Assembly: GCA_041739675.1 (NCBI GenBank)
Contig: JBGSNL010000030.1
Coordinates: 1 to 22,205 of the forward strand
Length of the DNA: 22,205 bases
Direction: 5' to 3'
DNA from: a bacterium
GTDB taxonomy: Bacteria > UBA10199 > 2-02-FULL-44-16 > DYJF01
Within the stretch, counting starts at the first letter, position 1. Every line of letters starts with the position of its first letter. Both the position numbers and the translations under genes were made by a program. A model generated the notes under the pieces. It worked only from the letters and a program-made list of their open reading frames with translations, searched no databases and was not told the DNA's origin. Below are positions 8,284 through 15,257 of the stretch, piece after piece.

Positions 8284-10135
8284 TTGGCGGAACGTATATC
8301 AGAAAAAACTTGTGAGCGCGCGCGAGGCCCTTTCACACATAAAATCGGGCGACAAGATATTCATCGGAACGGGTTGCGCAGCTCCGCAGGCGCTCATCGA
8401 AGCCCTGACCTCCGAGACGCAGAACGTAGACGACGCCTCCATCTTCCATTTGTTGACGATGGGTGTCGCGCCCTACGCGCAGGACAAACTGCACGGCCGC
8501 TTCCGCTTCAACAGCTTTTTCATAAGCCAGAACGTGAGAGAGGCGGTCCAGCAGGGGTTGGGCGACTACACGCCGATATTTCTCTCCGAGATCCCCAGGC
8601 AGTTCGAGTTGGGGCGCATACCTTTGGATGTGGCGCTCATCCAGACGACGCCGCCCAACGCGGAAGGCATGGTGAGTTTAGGCATCTCCGTTGACATCGT
8701 GAAAAGCGCCGCGGAAAACGCAAAGCTCCTGATAGCGGAGGTCAATCCCCGCATGCCGTGGACGCACGGCAACTCGCTCATCCCCGTCGATTACATAGAT
8801 TTCCTTGTTGAATCCGACATGCCGCTTTTGAACTACGAGCCGCCCGTCATCGACGAAACTATAAGGGCGATCGGGCGGAACGTCGCCTCGCTCATCGAAG
8901 ACGGCTCAACGATCGAAGTGGGCATCGGCGCTATTCCACAATCGATACTGGAATTTTTGAGGGATAAAAAAAATCTGGGCATCCACACGGAGATGTTCAC
9001 CGACTCGCTCATAGAGCTCATCGAATCGGGTGTGATCAACAACTCCAAAAAAGTGATCGATCAGGGAAAAACCGTAGCGTCTTTCATCATGGGATCGGAG
9101 CGCCTGTACAAATACGTAAACGGGAATCCCGCAATCGGGCTCCATCCGTCCGAATACGTCAACGACCCGTTCGTGATAGGCCAGCACCCGAAGATGGTGG
9201 CCATCAATGTGGCGCTTGAAGTGGATCTCACAGGACAGGTCTGCGCGGATTCCCTGGGATACAAATTCTATTCAGGCATCGGCGGGCAGGTGGATTTCAT
9301 CCGCGGCGCGGCAAGATCGCCCGGCGGGAAACCCATCATCGCGATGAGGTCCACGGCAGTGAACGAAACCGTTTCGCGCATCGTACCCCGCCTCTCGGAG
9401 GGCGCGGGAGTTGTGACCACGCGCGGAGACGTCCACTTCGTGATAACTGAATACGGCATCGCGGACCTCCACGGCAAAAGCATACGCGAACGCGCCATCT
9501 CCCTCATCAACATAGCGCATCCCAAATTCAGAAAAGGACTTTTGGATGCGGCGAAGGAGATCCACTACGTCTATAAAGATCAGGCGGAGATTGCCGCCGC
9601 CCCCTACCCCACGGAGCTTGAGCGTTGCGTGGTCATCGCCGACGGCACGGAGGTGACGCTGCGCCCGATAAAACCCACCGACGAAGAGCCGATGCGCGAT
9701 CTTTTTTATTCCATGTCGCAGGAGAGTCTCTACTACCGTTTCTTTCAGGTTCCCAAGAGCATGCCCCACGACCGCGTCATGCAGCTCGTCAATATAGATT
9801 ACGAAAAGGACATGGCGCTCGTGGCCACGGTCGAAGAGGTTTCAGGAGAGAAGATAGTGGCTGTAGGCCGTTACATGCGCTCCTCGGAGGACGACAAATT
9901 TGCCGAGGTGGCCTTCCTCGTCCGCGATGAATGGCAGAACCGCGGAATGGGGCGCGCCCTATTGGGCTCGCTCATCGATGTGGCAATCGAAAGACATATA
10001 CAGGGCTTTATCGCCACCGTTTTGCCCGCCAACAAGCAGATGCTGACCGTCTTCCACACCTGCGGCTACAAGCTTAAAATGTCCTCAGAAGAAGGGGTCT
10101 ACCAGCTCTCCTTCCGCTTCGACGAACCCTTGTAA
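8270..10135 (+). CDS. Acetyl-CoA hydrolase/CoA-transferase fused to a C-terminal Pat-type GNAT acetyltransferase
   Basis: ATG at 8270 with GGAGGA upstream, overlapping the previous gene by 14 nt. Transferase motifs GIGAIP, HTEM (catalytic Glu), GIGGQVDF and VITEYGIA. GNAT motifs LRPIKPTD, SLYYRFF and AEVAFLVRDEWQNRGMG. Confidence 0.92.
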   Translation: MSNYDWRNVYQKKLVSAREALSHIKSGDKIFIGTGCAAPQALIEALTSETQNVDDASIFHLLTMGVAPYAQDKLHGRFRFNSFFISQNVREAVQQGLGDYTPIFLSEIPRQFELGRIPLDVALIQTTPPNAEGMVSLGISVDIVKSAAENAKLLIAEVNPRMPWTHGNSLIPVDYIDFLVESDMPLLNYEPPVIDETIRAIGRNVASLIEDGSTIEVGIGAIPQSILEFLRDKKNLGIHTEMFTDSLIELIESGVINNSKKVIDQGKTVASFIMGSERLYKYVNGNPAIGLHPSEYVNDPFVIGQHPKMVAINVALEVDLTGQVCADSLGYKFYSGIGGQVDFIRGAARSPGGKPIIAMRSTAVNETVSRIVPRLSEGAGVVTTRGDVHFVITEYGIADLHGKSIRERAISLINIAHPKFRKGLLDAAKEIHYVYKDQAEIAAAPYPTELERCVVIADGTEVTLRPIKPTDEEPMRDLFYSMSQESLYYRFFQVPKSMPHDRVMQLVNIDYEKDMALVATVEEVSGEKIVAVGRYMRSSEDDKFAEVAFLVRDEWQNRGMGRALLGSLIDVAIERHIQGFIATVLPANKQMLTVFHTCGYKLKMSSEEGVYQLSFRFDEPL

Positions 10136-10151
10136 ACCTTTGATCCTCTTG

Positions 10152-10234
10152 TGTCATTCTGAGCTCGCTACATTTGTTGGCGAGCGAAGAATCCCAATGA
10201 CATCAAGGGGATCCTTCGCCTGCCGGCTCAGGAT
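10152..10234. repeat. TGTCAT-tagged composite palindromic (REP-like) element
   Basis: Reads TGTCATTCTGAGC...GCGAAGAATCCC-N12-GGGATCCTTCGC...GCTCAGGAT. Nested stems: 10156-10164 with 10226-10234, 10184-10195 with 10208-10219, and 10163-10168 with 10180-10185. Confidence 0.7.
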
Positions 10235-10278
10235 TGCTCAGAAAATGAAAAAACTTTCATTTTCTGAGCAACTTTTTT
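10234..10278 (+). terminator. Perfect 17-bp inverted repeat followed by CTTTTTT; candidate intrinsic terminator or operator
   Basis: TTGCTCAGAAAATGAAA-AAAC-TTTCATTTTCTGAGCAA (10234-10271), then a T6 run at 10273-10278. Confidence 0.55.
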
Positions 10279-10306
10279 CCAAATTTGCCGAAAAGGGGGT
10301 TGAAGG
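10268..10306 (+). promoter_or_regulatory. Sigma-28 (FliA)-like promoter GCAACTTT-N11-GCCGAAAA followed by GGGGGTTGAAGG
   Basis: The -10 box matches GCCGATAA at 7/8 with the canonical 11-nt spacer. Related copies lie at 2815 and 19663 (minus strand). Confidence 0.65.
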
Positions 10307-10341
10307 TAGCTTTCCGTAACAGGGGGAAAAAGGGGGCAATA

Positions 10342-13300
10342 ATGCCGACAATACCGTTTAGACCTGTCTCTGATATCGAACATGATATCCCTGTATGTTC
10401 GCCCGATAGGGACCTGTGCCAGTTGCGAGTCAGAATTGATGGTAATGATGTTGATGTCGCGTGCTATGAAAGCCAGTTTATGCACACGACGCCTGCCTTC
10501 GCCGCCACGCACAACTTGTCTCTCGAGCAGTACAACAGCGGTCTGGAGTGGCTAAACGCCCACTACCAGAACGTCTGCCGCAGTGAATATGTCGATACGA
10601 GCGATCAGGACGGAAGATTCGAGCTCTTCTCATTCAGGATAATGAACAGGTCCGACGTGCAGGCAGAGGCCCGGGGGATAGTGGATGCCGTAGTCGGCGA
10701 TGCAGCGGGAGGCGCAGGCCTGCCGGGTGTCCTCGATCCGAATAATTTTCCCACATGCAGCGCCGAGTTGGGCGACGATAACGGAGGTAAGTTTCCGACA
10801 GTATGGTTGTCCGCTGCCGGGGCTGATTATCTTTCGGCAAAATTTGCATCACATAACCGAATGGTGGGCTGTTTCATAGAATCACTAACTGATCAGAACG
10901 GTAAGGTTCAATACTGGCTTCCACCTATTCCCGAGATTCTTCGGCCTGTGATTGATGAGATAAGAACAGATATAAGAAAAAATACGGTCCCTGAAAATGT
11001 TGGGGCAGCGGATATCGTGAGGTCACTCGAAACTATCCTTGAAAAAGATCCCACGCGCTTTCCTTCACCGGAGTGGACGACGCAGGATATTCTCAACGCA
11101 ATTTTAGGCGGCATGGGCGTTCTGACCTCAGTTGTAATCGGAGTATTCTTTTATCTGTCACACAGACAGAATAAACGTATCGCAGAAGGACGCTTTGGTC
11201 CAGAGGTGAAGCTCGAAGATTTTACAGACGACCTTGTAGAACAGGCGAAAAAAGATCTGGCCCGAAACAACCCCAACCGCGAAATCAATGAAATCATCGG
11301 CCGCGATAACGAGGCCATAGAATTTCTCAACAGGCTTGCTCGTCCTGAATACTCAAACCCATTCTTGCTCGGAGAATCGGGGAGCGGAAAAGACATGATC
11401 GTCAAAAGAGCGGCGCAGTTGATCGCACTCAGGGATCACCGAATTCCGGACATCTTTCTGAGAGGTGATATCCAATTGCGTTATGTCGATCCTACTGCAT
11501 TTGTTGCAACGGAGGGTGTCGTCGGATCGAACGGCAGGCGTGTTAAGCTCATCGAAGACGCAATGAAAAAGGGGAATAAATTCTATTTTCCCGAGCTCGC
11601 CGACTCTGCTACTGCCGGTGCCCACTCGCGCGGAACTGCTGAGCAACTTGGTTCGCTTCTGAAATCCATATTGGACAAACCATGGTCCGGTTTTTCTGCC
11701 TCCACGACACCGGATGGTTACCAGGTTCTAATGCGAAACAAATATTTCAAGGATCTCTTCCGCCGCCAACCAGCACAGCGTGTCGAACCGATGTCTCCCG
11801 ATATAATCCGTAACGTCATGACAACGCGAATTGCCCCATGGTATGCCAGCCACGACAGCGTGACAATCACGCCAGAGGCACTGGAAACTGCAATTCGTAT
11901 GGGATATGATTTCTATACGAAAACGGGGCTGGCCGGAGAAATTGGCTTTGGTGAGGTTGACGCGTGCAAGCAGGCTCTATCCAACGGCATACTTGAGGCG
12001 ATGAGAGAATCCGGTTGGAAAAAGTCCGGTCTTACCATTACACCTGATCACATAATTAAAGCTGCAGAGCGAGCATTACAGATAAGTATTCCTTCAATTC
12101 CTAATCCAGCCCCCGACAGTGCAGCCAAAACTCCGGAACGTCCCGGTGGGCCGACGGACGGATCGCCGGTTGTGCATCGCGCCGGTCTAGTCTCTCCTGA
12201 AGAGTTTGCGGCAACGTTGCACGATTTCATCAAGACGACCGAGTGGTCGGATGTGTGGACGAGGGTCAGAATCGGGGCAACGCGCACCGCTTCAGGATTG
12301 GGCGAGTTCGCAAAAGGATTCGTGGAAAATCTCGGCGGGCTGGGCGTAGGTTTCGGCGCTGCAGAATTTTTGAGCGCCGCGGCGCAGGCTGCGCACTTTG
12401 GGCCCATTCAAACCATGGCTACGGTTTTGGGCGGCACGCATGTCGTAACAACGGCCGCAGCCAATGTGGAGGCGAGAAGCGCAGCGACCTTTTTCACGAG
12501 AACCCTTGGCGCCGAATCTTGGAGATCGTTTGCCAGAGGCATGCCCTCAGTCATGATCGGCATGGCAGTATACGATCAGGCGATCAATGCTGCATTCGGC
12601 GAAAATGGCGGCGGGGCAGTGGGAGATTTCGCCCGCTTCGGTGGAACGAGATTCGCCGTCGGCGGATACGTGATGCCCCAGACAGCCCGGGCCGCGGTGG
12701 GATCGATCACCGGCATGTTGGAAAAACGAGTGGCCGCAGGAGCTGCGGGATTTTTGACCCGCGGAGCGTTGGCCACGCTGAGCTTTGTCGGCGACGTTGC
12801 AGTACCTGTCGTCGGTTGGGGCCTCATGGCTTATGAGACCGCGCCGATTCTGGCGCTGAAGATGGCTCAGGACGATCCCAATTTTGCGTCGAACATGAAA
12901 GACGCTTGGGCGCTTCACATCTACCGCGCGCATAAGATTGGTGACGCTGAAGCTGAGAAGACCGCATGGACCGCCGCGGGCGATCCGTACAGCGACATAG
13001 ACATGGTGGATGCCGCATCGGGCGCAGAGTTGGACGCCGCGCGCGTCTATGTGAACGGCGTGATCATGAATCAGGCGAAGGCCGCCCGGGAGCAGCTCAT
13101 GAGCGTGCTTCAGATGAAGATGCTGGGATATGCAAGTGAAGCCGAACAGCAAGGTCTGGCCTCCAATCCGGCACAGTTCATGAACACGGTGCTCTCCAAG
13201 ATGGATACGTTTATGTCGGGGCTGGAACAGGAAGTGGAATTCAACAGCAAGGAAGTCGAGTACAAAAATTACATAATGAATCTTATGGAATCCGGCACGA

Positions 13301-13734
13301 GCCCAAGGGATATCTTCATGGGGCTGATCGGCGGAAGCAACGACATCTCGTTTGTCGGTTTGCCCGTGATGAGACCGGATGAGGCCACGGCGTTCCTTGA
13401 AAAACTCGAAGTCTCTATGCTTCAGAAGACGATGCAGTCGATCGCTGAACTCAGACCTCCGTTCACAAGCGCCGACGGCGCCTACACAGGGACACATATT
13501 CCGAACGAGGACCTGTGGAATATGATACAGGGTTATTCGGATTCCGATGGTTACGCGCAGACCCCATTGGCAACACCATGGCGCCCTGTGGCGAGACCCT
13601 TTGCCTATGAGCAGGCCGACGGTTCGATTACGATGCCCAACGTCGACAATGGCGTGACGGATTCCCTGTTCGGCATCTTTCTTAAAGAAACGAACGCTGC
13701 AGAGCTTCTGGGCAAGATGATTGAGTGGGAATAA
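10342..13734 (+). CDS. Orphan multidomain protein: N-terminal domain, TM helix, degenerate ClpA/ClpB NBD1-like AAA+ domain, AGLVSPEE motif, Gly/Ala-rich hydrophobic C-terminal region
   Basis: ATG at 10342 with AGGGGG upstream; the TTG at 10285 lies inside the promoter element. Clp-like segments FTDDLVEQAK, IIGRDNE, NPFLLGESGSGKD, STTPDGY, LFRR and VTITPEALETA. Hydrophobic helix at about 11089-11157. Confidence 0.8.
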   Translation: MPTIPFRPVSDIEHDIPVCSPDRDLCQLRVRIDGNDVDVACYESQFMHTTPAFAATHNLSLEQYNSGLEWLNAHYQNVCRSEYVDTSDQDGRFELFSFRIMNRSDVQAEARGIVDAVVGDAAGGAGLPGVLDPNNFPTCSAELGDDNGGKFPTVWLSAAGADYLSAKFASHNRMVGCFIESLTDQNGKVQYWLPPIPEILRPVIDEIRTDIRKNTVPENVGAADIVRSLETILEKDPTRFPSPEWTTQDILNAILGGMGVLTSVVIGVFFYLSHRQNKRIAEGRFGPEVKLEDFTDDLVEQAKKDLARNNPNREINEIIGRDNEAIEFLNRLARPEYSNPFLLGESGSGKDMIVKRAAQLIALRDHRIPDIFLRGDIQLRYVDPTAFVATEGVVGSNGRRVKLIEDAMKKGNKFYFPELADSATAGAHSRGTAEQLGSLLKSILDKPWSGFSASTTPDGYQVLMRNKYFKDLFRRQPAQRVEPMSPDIIRNVMTTRIAPWYASHDSVTITPEALETAIRMGYDFYTKTGLAGEIGFGEVDACKQALSNGILEAMRESGWKKSGLTITPDHIIKAAERALQISIPSIPNPAPDSAAKTPERPGGPTDGSPVVHRAGLVSPEEFAATLHDFIKTTEWSDVWTRVRIGATRTASGLGEFAKGFVENLGGLGVGFGAAEFLSAAAQAAHFGPIQTMATVLGGTHVVTTAAANVEARSAATFFTRTLGAESWRSFARGMPSVMIGMAVYDQAINAAFGENGGGAVGDFARFGGTRFAVGGYVMPQTARAAVGSITGMLEKRVAAGAAGFLTRGALATLSFVGDVAVPVVGWGLMAYETAPILALKMAQDDPNFASNMKDAWALHIYRAHKIGDAEAEKTAWTAAGDPYSDIDMVDAASGAELDAARVYVNGVIMNQAKAAREQLMSVLQMKMLGYASEAEQQGLASNPAQFMNTVLSKMDTFMSGLEQEVEFNSKEVEYKNYIMNLMESGTSPRDIFMGLIGGSNDISFVGLPVMRPDEATAFLEKLEVSMLQKTMQSIAELRPPFTSADGAYTGTHIPNEDLWNMIQGYSDSDGYAQTPLATPWRPVARPFAYEQADGSITMPNVDNGVTDSLFGIFLKETNAAELLGKMIEWE

Positions 13735-13754
13735 AAAAGAGCGTGAAAAAAGAG

Positions 13755-13785
13755 GGGACAGGTTCAAAAGGGACCTGTCCCTTTT
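13755..13785 (+). terminator. Intrinsic terminator-like hairpin
   Basis: GGGACAGGTTC-AAAAG-GGACCTGTCCC followed by TTTT, 20 nt after the stop at 13734. Confidence 0.7.
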
Positions 13786-13801
13786 AATTTGCCCTACTTT
13801 C

Positions 13802-13831
13802 TTGACATCACCACTCGCTTCATCTTATCTC
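13802..13831 (+). promoter_or_regulatory. Putative sigma-70 promoter TTGACA-N18-TATCTC, possibly giving a leaderless mRNA
   Basis: Perfect -35 box and a weak -10 box. The predicted start site falls at about the ATG at 13839, which has no Shine-Dalgarno sequence. Confidence 0.35.
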
Positions 13832-13838
13832 ATCTTTG

Positions 13839-14282
13839 ATGAGAGCAAAGCCCCCAACCGAACCGAAAATTCACGTAGCGATCTCCAAAAATCTCAAATG
13901 GGTGGAGCCGTATTTGAGGCGCGCGAAAAAAAGAATGCCCACGCTTCTCATGCCGAAACGCATCCGCTCCTACTGCCCCACACTCAAGAAAGAGCACTTA
14001 AGCTGGGGATCATGCGACATGGAGACGCGCACGATCACGCTTTGCACGCACAAGATCATCGTTATGAAGGGGTTGAAGCGCAGCACAAAAAAACAGGTGG
14101 CCCTCTCCGAAAAAGAAATGCTGATGACGCTCGCCCACGAGATCGCCCACCTTCGCTATGAAAAGCACGGCTACGAGCAGGAGAGCTACGGGCGAATCGT
14201 CTTTCACGCGATGGGGGTCACCGACACCTGCCCCACCTGCAACGGTAAGGGGGAAGTCCCCGCGGAGTATAAAAACGATTGA
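13839..14282 (+). CDS. Small zinc metalloprotease-like protein (SprT/YgjP/WLM-like minigluzincin) with a C-terminal CxxCxGxG
   Basis: WGSC...TITL and [15 protein letters not shown] (HEXXH plus a third His), and CPTCNGKG near the C-terminus. The stop codon overlaps the cysK start. Confidence 0.75.
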   Translation: MRAKPPTEPKIHVAISKNLKWVEPYLRRAKKRMPTLLMPKRIRSYCPTLKKEHLSWGSCDMETRTITLCTHKIIVMKGLKRSTKKQVALSEKEMLMTLAHEIAHLRYEKHGYEQESYGRIVFHAMGVTDTCPTCNGKGEVPAEYKND

Positions 14283-15199
14283 AGATATATAATGATATAA
14301 CCCAAACCATCGGCAACACGCCCCTCGTCCGCTTGGGAAGAATTGCAAAGGACTGCCAGGCGACGGTCGTCGCAAAGCTCGAATCGTTCAATCCCCTCTC
14401 CAGCGTGAAAGACCGCATCGGACTGGCGGTCATCGAGGCAGCGGAAAAAGACGGCCTTCTCAAAAGCGGCGGAACGATCGTGGAACCGACATCCGGCAAC
14501 ACCGGAATCGCGCTGGCCTTCGTATCCGCAGCCAAGGGATACAAACTCATACTCACGATGCCCGAAACGATGACCATTGAACGAAGAAATATACTCAAGG
14601 CGCTTGGCGCGGAAATTGTGCTGACACCGGGCCCCAAGGGGATGAAGGGCGCAATCGAAGAGGCCGCCCGCATCAAGAGCGAGAACCCCACCTACTTTAT
14701 GCCCCAGCAGTTTGAAAATCCGGCCAATCCCGAAATCCACAGAAAAACGACGGCGGAGGAGATCTGGAAAGACACCGACGGAAAGATAGATATTTTCGTC
14801 GCGGGGGTCGGAACCGGCGGAACGATAACGGGCGTGGGCGAGGTCATAAAGAAGAAAAAGCCGTCCGTGAAGATCGTCGCTGTGGAGCCCGCCGCGTCGC
14901 CCGTTCTATCAGGCGGCCAGCCGGGACCTCACACGATTCAGGGCATAGGCGCAGGATTCGTCCCAAAGGTCCTGAATACCGCCATTTACGACGAGGTCGT
15001 CCGGGTCTCAAATGATGACGCCGCGGCCACTGCGCGCCTTCTGGCGCGTCAGGAAGGCATATTTGCGGGTATATCCTCCGGCGCCGCCTGCTTTGCCGCA
15101 TTGGCAGTGGCTTGCCGCCCTGAGAACAAGGGAAAGCTCGCCGTCGTGCTCTTTCCCGATACGGGCGAGCGCTATCTCTCCACTCCCCTCTTTCAATAA
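14279..15199 (+). CDS. cysK: Cysteine synthase A (O-acetylserine sulfhydrylase)
   Basis: [17 protein letters not shown] (PLP-binding Lys), [33 protein letters not shown] and DTGERYLST. The TTG start overlaps the upstream TGA. Confidence 0.96.
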   Translation: MKIYNDITQTIGNTPLVRLGRIAKDCQATVVAKLESFNPLSSVKDRIGLAVIEAAEKDGLLKSGGTIVEPTSGNTGIALAFVSAAKGYKLILTMPETMTIERRNILKALGAEIVLTPGPKGMKGAIEEAARIKSENPTYFMPQQFENPANPEIHRKTTAEEIWKDTDGKIDIFVAGVGTGGTITGVGEVIKKKKPSVKIVAVEPAASPVLSGGQPGPHTIQGIGAGFVPKVLNTAIYDEVVRVSNDDAAATARLLARQEGIFAGISSGAACFAALAVACRPENKGKLAVVLFPDTGERYLSTPLFQ

Positions 15200-15229
15200 T
15201 TGACAAAGGGGTGTTAGAGCCCCTATAAG
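15200..15229 (+). promoter_or_regulatory. Putative sigma-70 promoter of acs, TTGACA-N18-TATAAG
   Basis: TTGACA at 15200-15205 and TATAAG at 15224-15229. Ribosome-binding site GAGGAGG at 15247-15253. Confidence 0.55.
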
Positions 15230-15257
15230 AAGCGTCCAACTTAAACGAGGAGGCAGT

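Noticed and set aside
10285..10341. TTG start giving 1149 aa for the AAA orphan
   Set aside because: It lies within the conserved promoter element. ATG at 10342 has an AGGGGG ribosome-binding site.
10342..13734. Annotation as clpB, clpA or clpV (T6SS)
   Set aside because: It has only one degenerate NBD, no Clp N-domain or NBD2, and no T6SS genes nearby.
12547..13767. 406-aa antisense ORF
   Set aside because: It lies almost entirely opposite the long + strand gene, has no recognisable motifs, and has the His/Arg-rich composition typical of antisense shadows.
13751..13785. GGGGACAGG...CCTGTCCC hairpin as a transposase-associated REP element
   Set aside because: It is a single copy with no transposase in the window, and its position and T-tract are adequately explained by a terminator.
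13721..14161. 146-aa + strand ORF overlapping the metalloprotease gene
   Set aside because: It runs through a terminator hairpin, and the overlapping frame carries the convincing HEXXH motif.
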